Positions 55,479 to 64,000 of a DNA stretch of 64,000 bases are shown here, piece after piece (positions within the stretch are counted from its first letter, which is position 1; each line of letters begins with the position of its first letter). The notes beneath the pieces are model-generated. The model was not told the DNA's origin and made no database searches. It was given only the letters and a program-made list of their open reading frames with translations. The translations under genes and the position numbers were made by a program. The DNA comes from Candidatus Dojkabacteria bacterium (GTDB taxonomy: Bacteria; Patescibacteriota; Dojkabacteria; J137), in assembly GCA_025999215.1 (NCBI GenBank), contig AP024679.1, positions 293,645 to 357,644 on the forward strand, in the 5' to 3' direction.

Positions 55479-56729
55479 ATGGCAAAAAATACAAAAAAAT
55501 TTACAACCAAAGATTTAGAAAATTTTCTTACAAAAGTTAAAATCCCAAAAATTTTTAATCAAGGTGATATTGTAGAAGGGACTATCATTAAAATTTCGCC
55601 AAGAGAAATGATTTTGGATGTAGAAGGGAGAGCTGAGGGAATAATTAAAGGAGGAGAATTAAAATTAGACGGCGAAAAACTTAAAAAGAAAGTAGGTGAT
55701 AAAGTTATGGCTTATGTGTTAAACCCGGAAAACGAAGAAGGTATGGTTGAGCTTTCAATCAGAAGAACAGGATCAGCAAGAAAGTGGTTTGAACTAGAAC
55801 AGGCAAAAGAAAATGATGAACCTATCACTGTGAAAGTAGTAGAAGCTAATGCTGGTGGTGTGCTCGTTGAGATTGGCGGAGGATTGAGAGGGTTTGTACC
55901 TAGCTCACACTTAAAAACAGAAAGAATTTATACCGGTAATTCGATAGATTTTTCAAATAAAGAGGAAGCAACTAAAGAAATTCAAACAAAACTTGCTGAA
56001 ATGATAGGAGAGGAGCTTGAGGTAAAGGTGATGGAAATTGATAAAGAAAAAAATAGAGTGATTCTATCTGAAAAATTTGTGTACTCAGACACCAATGAAA
56101 TAGAACGAAGAGAAGAGACGTTGCAACGACTTCAAGTGGGAAGTAAACTTAAAGGCCAAGTTACAGGTATTGCGCCTTTTGGATTGTTTGTTAATGCTGA
56201 AGGATTGGAAGGTTTGGTTCATTTGTCTGAAATTTCTTGGGATAAGGTTTCAAATCCGGCAGATTTTTATAATGTTGGGGATGAGGTCGAAGTACAGGTT
56301 ATAGGTTTACAAGATTCAGGCAAAAGAGTTGCTTATAGTATTAAAAGATTGCAACCTGATCCATGGAAGACTTTAATTAAGAAGTACAAAGTTGGACAAG
56401 TAGTTGAAGGTGAAGTAACATCAGTTGCAAACTATGGAGCTTTTGTAAAAATTGAAGACGGTCTTAATGGACTAATTCATATCTCTGAGCTTTCTAATAA
56501 AATAGTTAGAGATCCAAGTGATGTAGTTAAAGTGGGTGAAAAAGTAAAAGTAATGATAATTTCAATTTCAGATGAAGATAGGCATCTAGGCTTAAGTTTG
56601 AAGAGAACTACCACAAAATCATCTAAACCATCATCAAGCAAGAAGCAAAAAACAGAATCTAGTGAGACTGAAGAAAGTTCTCGCGAACTAGAAGGTTTGG
56701 AGAAAATTTTAGATGAAGTTTCTGAGTAG
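55479..56729 (+). CDS. rpsA: 30S ribosomal protein S1 (four S1 domains, basic/Ser-rich C-tail)
   Basis: Repeated S1 modules: GDIVEGTIIKI..., GQVTGIAPFGLFVNAEGLEGLVHLSEISW, VEGEVTSVANYGAFVKIEDGLNGLIHISEL. Confidence 0.85.
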   Translation: MAKNTKKFTTKDLENFLTKVKIPKIFNQGDIVEGTIIKISPREMILDVEGRAEGIIKGGELKLDGEKLKKKVGDKVMAYVLNPENEEGMVELSIRRTGSARKWFELEQAKENDEPITVKVVEANAGGVLVEIGGGLRGFVPSSHLKTERIYTGNSIDFSNKEEATKEIQTKLAEMIGEELEVKVMEIDKEKNRVILSEKFVYSDTNEIERREETLQRLQVGSKLKGQVTGIAPFGLFVNAEGLEGLVHLSEISWDKVSNPADFYNVGDEVEVQVIGLQDSGKRVAYSIKRLQPDPWKTLIKKYKVGQVVEGEVTSVANYGAFVKIEDGLNGLIHISELSNKIVRDPSDVVKVGEKVKVMIISISDEDRHLGLSLKRTTTKSSKPSSSKKQKTESSETEESSRELEGLEKILDEVSE

Positions 56730-56838
56730 AACTCTTTTAATCTAAGTATTTTGCTTAGTTTAAAAATTTGATAGTACAGTTTCTAGGTTGTAACTTTAGC
56801 ACTCTTTTTGTTATACTGATAAAAGTAACTAAAAGATT

Positions 56839-59382
56839 ATGGAAAACAATGAAATTAATGGGTTCAAACGTTTAACCGAGAGTGCTAAAAGGGTGTTGAA
56901 AGATGCCTTCGAGTTGGCAGTCAGATTTGAATCAAAAGAGCTTAGGGCGATGCACATTTTTTATGTTCTCCTTTCAGACAGTGAGAGCTATTCTCATGAG
57001 GTTTTTGAACGACTTGGAGTTGATATTCCGAGTACACTAGAACAGTTAAAAAATGAAATCTCCAAAATTAAAAATTTGTCCAGAAGCGCAAGCAAAAGTT
57101 TATCTCAGCCTAAGCTTTCAGATGAAGTGAAAAATACTATTCAAGAGGCGTTTTTCATTGCTTCAAAATCGGGTTTTCAATATGTTGGCACAGCACATTT
57201 GTTATTAGCTATGTTTACGAATGATGAAATTAATTTGGTTAGTGATCTTAGAAAAATTGGAATTGGTTACGATAAAATAGAGAAGTTGCTTTATCAAATA
57301 GGAGCTTTTACGCCAGAACAATCCTACAAACCCAAATCAAAACCTAAATTTTCTTTGCCCTTACCTATGTTTGATCAGCCTGATTCCGACGAAGAGAATC
57401 GGTTTGTGCCTAATTTTTGTACAGATATGATTGAAGAATCTAAAAAAGGTAAATACATGGAAATTGTGGGGCGGGAGAAAGAAATCAAAAGACTTTTACA
57501 TATTTTATCAAGAAAGACTAAAAACAATCCGATTTTGGTAGGAGATGCTGGCGTAGGAAAAACGGCAATAGTTGAAGGACTTGCGAATATGATCGTTGAG
57601 GGTAATGTGCCGGCATCGTTTATGGATAAAAAAATATTAAGTTTGGATGTTGCTGGGATATTAGCTGGTGCTAGATTGAGGGGAGATGTAGAGGAAAGGG
57701 TAATTAAAATAATTGATAGTGTAATTGAAAGTGGCGATACAATTTTGTTCATTGATGAAATTCACATGATAGTAGGCGCTGGTTCTGGAGGCGGTAGGGA
57801 TTCGTTGGATATTGCTAATATTTTGAAACCTTATCTTACAAAATCAGACTTGAGCATAATTGGCGCTACAACTTATGATGAATATTCTAAATTCTTTGAA
57901 CCTGATGCGGCACTAACTAGACGATTTCAACCTATTTTCGTTGAAGAAATAGACATAGATAGCGCCAAACATGTAATGTACACTATTGCTAAAGATTTTG
58001 CTGATTATCATAAAGTAAAGATACAAAATGAAGCTATAGAAGAGAGTGTAGAGTTATCTGCAAAGTTTATTCAAGATAGATATTTGCCTGATAAAGCAAT
58101 TGATATTTTGGATGAAGCTGCAGCAAGTATTAAAATTGGGCGTGAAGTAGCAATTGAACCAGAATTAAGTAAACTAGGTGAAAAATTAATAAAAATTCAG
58201 GACAAGAAAAACCAAGCAATTAATGCGAACAATTTAAAAGAGGCATCAATGTACAAAAAACAAGAAGATATAATTACAAAAGAAATACAAGCAATAATTG
58301 AGGGTAAGAAAAAAGTAAAAAAAACGTATCCTAAAACAGTAACAGCTAAACTTATTCGAGATATTATAGTGGATTGGACATCCATACCTTTAGTTGCTAG
58401 CGATATTAGCGATAAAACTCTTAGAGATTTAGATAAAAGATTATCCAAAAGAGTTGTAGGCCAAACAAAGGCAGTTGGAAATGTAACTAAAGCAATTCAG
58501 CGAACTCATATAGGGTTAAATGATGGAAAAAGGCCGCTTGCTTCATTTTTGTTTTTGGGTCCAACTGGTGTTGGGAAAACAGAGCTTGCGAAAGCGCTGG
58601 CTTATGAACTTTTTGGGTCTGAAAATTTACTCAAGCAGGTTGATATGAGTGAGTTTATGGAGCAACATAGTGTTTCTAAATTGATTGGTTCGCCTCCTGG
58701 TTACATAGGTTTTCAAGAAGGAGGACAATTAACAACTTTTGTTAAACGTAAACCATATTGTGTAATTTTGTTTGATGAAATAGAAAAGGCTCACCCTGAT
58801 GTTTTGAATATTTTGCTTCAGATTTTGGAGGAAGGTCATTTAACAGACTCAAAGGGTAGTAAAGTTAGTTTTAAAAATACGATTATAATTTTGACTTCGA
58901 ATATTGGGGCAGAGGAAGTGGCAAATGATAATACTCTTGGTTTTGATATTGACATAGAGCGAAAAGAGGGTGGTGAAATTGATGAAGCGTTTGAAGAGAT
59001 GGAAGAAAAGCTTTTGGGCCAACTTCGTAAAACTCTCAGACCAGAGTTGTTGAATAGAATTGATTCTATAAATGTTTTCCGAGGTTTAAACAAAGAAGAT
59101 TGTTTGCAAATTTCAAAAAATCTTGTAGATCAGTTTATTTTAAGATTAGTAGAAAAGGGAATAGTTTTGAATGTATCTTCTGCAGTTGTTAGAAAAATTA
59201 ATGAAGAAGGATACAGTAAAGAGTATGGAGGTAGAAATATTAGAAGAAAGGTTCAAGAATTGCTGGAAGATGGGCTTGCACAATTTTTGATATCATCCAA
59301 AAATAAAAGAAATAAAAATGAAGTTTTAAAACTTCAAGCTTCTTTAGATAAAAATAATATAGTATTTTCTTTCGTTGATTAA
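56839..59382 (+). CDS. clpC: ClpC/ClpB-type Hsp100 chaperone-ATPase (Clp N-domain, D1, short middle region, D2)
   Basis: D1 Walker A VGDAGVGKTAIVEGLA and Walker B ILFIDEIHMIVGAG. D2 FLFLGPTGVGKTELAKALA, VILFDEIEKAHPDV, sensor-2 GGRNIRR. Confidence 0.85.
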   Translation: MENNEINGFKRLTESAKRVLKDAFELAVRFESKELRAMHIFYVLLSDSESYSHEVFERLGVDIPSTLEQLKNEISKIKNLSRSASKSLSQPKLSDEVKNTIQEAFFIASKSGFQYVGTAHLLLAMFTNDEINLVSDLRKIGIGYDKIEKLLYQIGAFTPEQSYKPKSKPKFSLPLPMFDQPDSDEENRFVPNFCTDMIEESKKGKYMEIVGREKEIKRLLHILSRKTKNNPILVGDAGVGKTAIVEGLANMIVEGNVPASFMDKKILSLDVAGILAGARLRGDVEERVIKIIDSVIESGDTILFIDEIHMIVGAGSGGGRDSLDIANILKPYLTKSDLSIIGATTYDEYSKFFEPDAALTRRFQPIFVEEIDIDSAKHVMYTIAKDFADYHKVKIQNEAIEESVELSAKFIQDRYLPDKAIDILDEAAASIKIGREVAIEPELSKLGEKLIKIQDKKNQAINANNLKEASMYKKQEDIITKEIQAIIEGKKKVKKTYPKTVTAKLIRDIIVDWTSIPLVASDISDKTLRDLDKRLSKRVVGQTKAVGNVTKAIQRTHIGLNDGKRPLASFLFLGPTGVGKTELAKALAYELFGSENLLKQVDMSEFMEQHSVSKLIGSPPGYIGFQEGGQLTTFVKRKPYCVILFDEIEKAHPDVLNILLQILEEGHLTDSKGSKVSFKNTIIILTSNIGAEEVANDNTLGFDIDIERKEGGEIDEAFEEMEEKLLGQLRKTLRPELLNRIDSINVFRGLNKEDCLQISKNLVDQFILRLVEKGIVLNVSSAVVRKINEEGYSKEYGGRNIRRKVQELLEDGLAQFLISSKNKRNKNEVLKLQASLDKNNIVFSFVD

Positions 59383-59478
59383 AATAATCAGAAGAAATTT
59401 TTAATTTACAAATAAATTGAAAAATAGGATTTGTATTTCTTTAAAGCTGTTTTCTATAAAAAAAACTTTACTATAGGG

Positions 59479-59507
59479 TTGACAAAAAAAATATTATAGG
59501 GTATAAT
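59479..59507 (+). promoter_or_regulatory. Consensus sigma-70-type promoter of the rho leader
   Basis: TTGACA - 17 nt - TATAAT. Confidence 0.55.
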
Positions 59508-59535
59508 ATAGCAGATCATTAAAAAAGTTATTAGT

Positions 59536-59696
59536 TAGTCCCAGAGTCTGGTTTGCGTACATCGACTACATTCTCTGAAGTTGAACTTACTGGACTCTCG
59601 GACTAGCTAATAATTTCAAAAGTTGTCTGGTCCCAGAGTCTAGTTTGCGTACAATCGACTGCAATCTCTCAGTTGAACTTACTGGACTCTCGGATT
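59536..59696 (+). ncRNA. Two tandem ~70-nt structured repeats in the rho 5' leader (unclassified cis-regulatory RNA)
   Basis: Unit 1 (59536-59607) and unit 2 (59629-59696) are about 85% identical. Each is closed by a 12-13-bp stem (UAGUCCCAGAGUC...GACUCUCGGACUA) around a conserved ~45-nt core (GUUUGCGUACAUCGACU-CAUUCUCUGAAGUUGAACUUACUG). Confidence 0.5.
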
Positions 59697-59833
59697 AGGT
59701 AACTTTTCTCCTTAAAGTTGATTTTTTAAATTAAACCTGTTATAGTTAGTTGGCTTTTGAGGTTCTCCTCGATTGTAGAAAGCTATTAAAATTTATTCCC
59801 ATGATGGACTTGTTTATTTATTAAATTATTCTT

Positions 59834-61126
59834 ATGCCAAAAAAGAAGGATTCAATTGCTGAGTCTACCAGTTTGAAAGAACTTGAAGCAATGACTTTGA
59901 CTGAGTTGAGAAAAATTGCTTCAGAACTTGAGATTAAAGATGCAGCTAATTATAAAAAAAGTGATTTGATTATAAAAATACTTGCAACTCAGACCAAAAA
60001 AGGAGGCAATATTTTTGCTGAAGGTTTTTTGGAGATTGTGAAAGACTCACACGGAGTATTAAGGTCTTTAACGATGTTGCCCGGTGAAAATGATGTTTAT
60101 GTATCAAGTTCTCAAATAAAAAGATTTAATTTAAGGCAAGGAGATTTTATTTCAGGACAAGCAAGGCCCCCAAAAGAAGGAGAAAGGTATTTGTCTTTAC
60201 TTAAAATAGAGGCAATAAATGGAGGTAGTCCAGACAAGGCTATTGCTCGACCTAATTTCAATCAATTAACTCCAATTTACCCTAATGAGCAAATTAAACT
60301 GGAAACTGATCAAAATACAATTTCTACAAGAATTATTGATTTATTATGTCCGATAGGAAAAGGACAGAGAGGTATGATAGTTGCGCCTCCAAAGGTTGGA
60401 AAAACTTGGTTGCTCAAAGATATTGCTAAAGGTATTGCAACTAACCATCCAGAAATCCATTTAATGGTTTTGTTGGTTGGTGAAAGACCAGAAGAAGTTA
60501 CAGATATGCAAAGATTTGTTCAGGGTGAAGTGATTGCGGCAAATTTTGACGAGCATCCAGAAGCTCATACCAGAATTGCTGAAATGGCAGTTGAAAGAGC
60601 TAAAAGATTGGTTGAACAAGATCAAAAGGACGTAGTAATTTTGATGGATAGTATTACCAGACTTGCTAGAGCTTACAATATCACTGCGCCACCATCCGGA
60701 AGAACTTTGTCTGGTGGTTTTGATCCAGTAGCAATTTACCCACCAAAGAAATTTTTTGGTGCTGCACGAAACATTGAGCAAGGAGGAAGTTTAACAATCA
60801 TCGCAACAGCACTCGTTGATACTGGTAGTAAAATGGATGATGTGATTTTTGAAGAGTTTAAGGGAACTGGAAACATGGAGGTGAAACTAGATAGAAAACT
60901 TGCAGAACGCAGAATTTTTCCTGCTATTGATGTTACTGCATCCTATACTCGAAATGAAGATAGGCTATTATCTCCAGAAGTTTTAGCTCAAACATGGAAA
61001 ATTGTTCGAATGCTTGATACGATTGGCAGTGAAACAAAAGAAAATCCAACTCAGGTTTTGATTGATAGATTGAAAAAAACAAAAAATAATGAAGAATTTT
61101 TGGCAACCATGCATGAGCCTATGTGA
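59834..61126 (+). CDS. rho: Transcription termination factor Rho
   Basis: N-terminal RNA-binding domain, Walker [19 protein letters not shown], ...[15 protein letters not shown]..., Q- and R-loops. Confidence 0.9.
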   Translation: MPKKKDSIAESTSLKELEAMTLTELRKIASELEIKDAANYKKSDLIIKILATQTKKGGNIFAEGFLEIVKDSHGVLRSLTMLPGENDVYVSSSQIKRFNLRQGDFISGQARPPKEGERYLSLLKIEAINGGSPDKAIARPNFNQLTPIYPNEQIKLETDQNTISTRIIDLLCPIGKGQRGMIVAPPKVGKTWLLKDIAKGIATNHPEIHLMVLLVGERPEEVTDMQRFVQGEVIAANFDEHPEAHTRIAEMAVERAKRLVEQDQKDVVILMDSITRLARAYNITAPPSGRTLSGGFDPVAIYPPKKFFGAARNIEQGGSLTIIATALVDTGSKMDDVIFEEFKGTGNMEVKLDRKLAERRIFPAIDVTASYTRNEDRLLSPEVLAQTWKIVRMLDTIGSETKENPTQVLIDRLKKTKNNEEFLATMHEPM

Positions 61127-61186
61127 TAAATGTGTAAGAAAAAGAATATGTGCTATAATTAGATAGGTTTAATGTAAAAGCTAGAG

Positions 61187-62362
61187 ATGTTTGCACCAAA
61201 TTTAAAATTTTTGTTTGTCAAGTTTTTAAGAATATTTTCCTTTGTTTTAAAGCTTTTTTTAAAGCCTTTGAGTTTTATAACGCTGTATTTCCGAGATTTT
61301 AAAACTAATTTTGTATATAGGTTTTTCTGGGGTAGAGGTAATTTATATAGGCAAGTTTTACACTTAACATTTGCTGTATTAACCTTGTTCTTGGTTGCTA
61401 CAGGAATTTCTATAGAGATTGGAAGAAGATCTAGCATTCAAGGTTTTACTTTAGAAAATGAAACAATTATTGGCAATATTGATTTGCTTCAACAGGGTAG
61501 TGGAATCCAAACAGTGCTTGTGTCAGAAGGTAATGTTGGTTTTAAAATTTTTACTCATACAATTGGTAGTGATGATACTCTGGAAACATTAGTTCAAGAA
61601 TATGGAGTAAACGCGCGAACCATTAAGGATGCAAATAGAGGTGTAATTGATTATTGGACAGATAAATTGCGAGTTGGAGAAACAATTTGTATTCCTGAAG
61701 TTAACGGGGTACTTTATGAAGTTGCAGAAGGAGATACTGTAGTTAAGATTTTAGAAAAAGTTGAGGGAGGAGATTTATTTGAGACTTTAGAATTAAATGC
61801 AATTAATAATCCAGATCAAGTATTAAGTAAGGGGCAAAAAATTCTTATCCCCAATGCAAAACTTCCCGAACCACCAAAACCTATTCCACGGCCAGGTACC
61901 ATTATTGCAGAAGCTCCTTTTTCATCACAGTATTTACCTACAGAAGTAGAAGTACAACAGCTTAATGGAATGTCCTTTGTGGATCCGTTATCACATCCAT
62001 TTTGTGAAGGTTATGTGTGGGAGCGAGGTTTTACTTCATGGCATACAGCCGTTGATCTTTCGAAAAGATCAGGTTGTCCTATCAGATCAATTGCTGATGG
62101 TGTTGTTCTCTTTGCTGGATGGACAAATGGTCCTAAGGGTTACTATATTAAAATTGACCACGGTTCAGGGATTGTATCAGAATATTTTCATGGTGATGGA
62201 AATATCTGGGTAAGACCAGGTGATAGGGTTTACTCTGGACAAGAAATAATGAACATGGGATGTACTGGGTGGTGTACAGGTACCCACTTACACTTAGAAT
62301 TAGTAATCAATGGCAAGGAAATTGACCCTGCGCCTTTTGTACCTTACAGGAGACCTTACTAG
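61187..62362 (+). CDS. M23-family peptidoglycan endopeptidase with two LysM domains
   Basis: LysM-like DTLETLVQEYGVNARTI and DTVVKILEKV...LNAINNPDQVLSKGQKILIP. M23 motifs HTAVD, GYYIKIDHG and HLHLEL. Confidence 0.8.
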   Translation: MFAPNLKFLFVKFLRIFSFVLKLFLKPLSFITLYFRDFKTNFVYRFFWGRGNLYRQVLHLTFAVLTLFLVATGISIEIGRRSSIQGFTLENETIIGNIDLLQQGSGIQTVLVSEGNVGFKIFTHTIGSDDTLETLVQEYGVNARTIKDANRGVIDYWTDKLRVGETICIPEVNGVLYEVAEGDTVVKILEKVEGGDLFETLELNAINNPDQVLSKGQKILIPNAKLPEPPKPIPRPGTIIAEAPFSSQYLPTEVEVQQLNGMSFVDPLSHPFCEGYVWERGFTSWHTAVDLSKRSGCPIRSIADGVVLFAGWTNGPKGYYIKIDHGSGIVSEYFHGDGNIWVRPGDRVYSGQEIMNMGCTGWCTGTHLHLELVINGKEIDPAPFVPYRRPY

Positions 62363-62407
62363 TGCTGTTAATTTTATTGATTTTGTTTTATAATAACTGA
62401 AATTATT

Positions 62408-62480
62408 GCCCTCATAGTTCAATAGGATAGAACAAGGCACTCCTAAGGCTTAGATCCAGGTTCGAATCCTGGTGAGGGCA
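62408..62480 (+). tRNA. tRNA-Arg (CCU); no encoded CCA
   Basis: Acceptor GCCCUCA/UGAGGGC; D-arm GUUC...GAAC; anticodon loop CUCCUAA; T-arm CCAGG-UUCGAAU-CCUGG. Confidence 0.75.
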
Positions 62481-62521
62481 TTGTTGAAAAACAATATTTA
62501 TTATTTTTTAATTTAGATTTT

Positions 62522-63148
62522 ATGAAAAAATCAAAACATATCGAGCAAACGTTGGTTTTGCTAAAACCCGATGCTGTACAGAGAGGATTGATTGGAGAAA
62601 TAATTTCAAGATTTGAAAAAAAAGGGCTTAAAATAGTTGCAATGAAAATGGTCTGGCCTACAGATAAACAGGCGTCTGATCATTACTATTGGAGTGATGA
62701 AGAGAAAGAAAAAACAGGTATGAGGACAATTAGTGCATACAAAGAGAGAGGTATGGAGCTGGATAAAGATCCGAAAGAGATAGCTGAGGCCGTTCAAAGA
62801 AAATTAAGAAAATTTCTAACAGCAGGACCTATCATTGCTATGGTGATTGAGGGTGCTCATGCAATAGATAATGTTAGAGCTTTGGTAGGAAAAGGGAATC
62901 CTCTACAAGCTGACGTTGGAACTATTAGAGCTGATTACACGATTGAGTCATATATTTTAGCTGATGAGACTGATAGAGCAGCTAGAAATTTGGTACATGC
63001 TTCGGATTCTGTAAGTGAAGCAAATCGAGAAATAAAAGTGTGGTTTAATGAAAATGAAATTGTGAGTTACAATCTTGCTATTGAAGAAATTTTGTATTCA
63101 AAAGAGTGGGAAGAGACTAGAGAAGACTTAGTTCGAAACGATGATTAA
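62522..63148 (+). CDS. ndk: Nucleoside-diphosphate kinase with ~45-aa insertions
   Basis: LVLLKPDAVQRGLIGEIISRFEKKGLKIVAMK; active-site His context NLVHASDSVSEANREIKVWF. 208 aa versus the usual ~140. Confidence 0.7.
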   Translation: MKKSKHIEQTLVLLKPDAVQRGLIGEIISRFEKKGLKIVAMKMVWPTDKQASDHYYWSDEEKEKTGMRTISAYKERGMELDKDPKEIAEAVQRKLRKFLTAGPIIAMVIEGAHAIDNVRALVGKGNPLQADVGTIRADYTIESYILADETDRAARNLVHASDSVSEANREIKVWFNENEIVSYNLAIEEILYSKEWEETREDLVRNDD

Positions 63149-63159
63149 GTGAGATTTTT

Positions 63160-63978
63160 TTATTCTTCAATTTGTATTCGGTAAACCTCACGTACTGGGG
63201 AGAGTGTGTGTACCAGTATGGATTTGGCATCCTGTGATATTAATGTTTTATAAAACAAGCCATCTTTATGTTTAAACACTGGAATTATCTGAGTTATTTG
63301 AGGTGTAGATGCATAGATTGTGTTAGGGTCATTCTTTTTTTGAAAAGTAAAAAAACTATCATTTAATGACCAATTTATAGATTGAAAATCTATATCTTTA
63401 AATTCTGGAATTGGTTTTATTGGAACTACATCAACACTTTTACTAGTTAGCCTTTTTATTAATTGTAATGCAACAATATCTCCCGTATCATTGTAACCAA
63501 TTAAAATATCGCTAGCGTTATTAAATTTTTCAACAATAAAATCTTCGAAATAATAAAAATTTTTTATATCAAAATAAAATACAATTGTTTCAGAATTATT
63601 TCGAAAAATAACTTTTTCTTTGTTTGAAAATATTAGCTCATGATTTATTAAATCAAAAGGAAGCTCAATAGCTGTGCTTTCATCGTTATTGTATTTATAA
63701 AAAATATTATTATTAACATAATATATGGTTGATTCTGGTTTGTTTATGTAAAACGAGAAATTTTCATCTGAAGGTATACTTATAATTGAAGATACATTTT
63801 TCTTGTGATTGAGCTCAAAAAGTAGATCATCTGATGTAAAAATCAAAGTTTCATCATCTAGCCAAAAAACTTCATTAAAAGTGTAGGGGATTGTGATTAA
63901 ATAAGTTTCTGGCACATCGTTGTTGATTTTAAAATCGGTTGGAAAAATATAAACTTTTAAATCATTATTTAAGAGCAT
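63160..63978 (-). CDS. Hypothetical protein (Asn/Phe/Tyr-rich, beta-rich)
   Basis: 272-aa ORF, no recognisable motif. Confidence 0.4.
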   Translation of the reverse strand: MLLNNDLKVYIFPTDFKINNDVPETYLITIPYTFNEVFWLDDETLIFTSDDLLFELNHKKNVSSIISIPSDENFSFYINKPESTIYYVNNNIFYKYNNDESTAIELPFDLINHELIFSNKEKVIFRNNSETIVFYFDIKNFYYFEDFIVEKFNNASDILIGYNDTGDIVALQLIKRLTSKSVDVVPIKPIPEFKDIDFQSINWSLNDSFFTFQKKNDPNTIYASTPQITQIIPVFKHKDGLFYKTLISQDAKSILVHTLSPVREVYRIQIEE

Positions 63979-64000
63979 AAATTTCCCTGAAGGTGAGATT

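Overview
The window reads as a low-GC (about one third G+C in coding DNA) bacterial chromosome segment with features typical of a reduced CPR/Patescibacteria-like genome. Almost no start sites have a Shine-Dalgarno, FtsH carries a long N-terminal extension, the 16S anti-SD is altered, and several surface proteins are giant. These lineage calls are inference.

Housekeeping genes present:
- mltG (partial, minus strand), yqgF, comFC
- tmRNA (ssrA), which the ORF track cannot see
- yidC, rplY, sortase, an FtsA/PilM-like ATPase
- groES-groEL with a CIRCE-like operator
- a split smpB
- a tRNA-Ile(UAU) / tyrosine recombinase / tRNA-fMet / tRNA-Met cluster
- ftsH, malic enzyme, polA
- a complete rRNA operon: 16S, tRNA-Ile(GAU), tRNA-Ala(UGC), 23S, 5S, terminator
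- rpsA, clpC, rho, an M23/LysM peptidase, tRNA-Arg(CCU), ndk

The accessory block spans about 11.4-28.7 kb and contains:
- a divergent membrane-anchored Clp/Hsp100-like double-AAA+ ATPase with a frameshift
- a tandem array of eight paralogous small secreted two-TM proteins resembling VirB2/TrbC conjugative pilins; three copies sit in a 647-bp tandem repeat, each with its own consensus promoter, and one copy is a nonsense-plus-frameshift pseudogene and another is frameshifted
- membrane and coiled-coil proteins and a SpoIID/LytB-domain wall-remodelling protein
- a VirD4/TrwB-like coupling-protein ATPase

Downstream of the rRNA operon lie two giant surface proteins. One is 2575 aa and pairs an N-terminal receiver-like domain with a parallel beta-helix. 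The other is 1355 aa and rich in FN3 repeats.

Several genes look decayed: Lon, smpB, the Clp-like ATPase and pilin copies. A structured tandem repeat sits in the rho leader. I found no CRISPR array and no rRNA intron.
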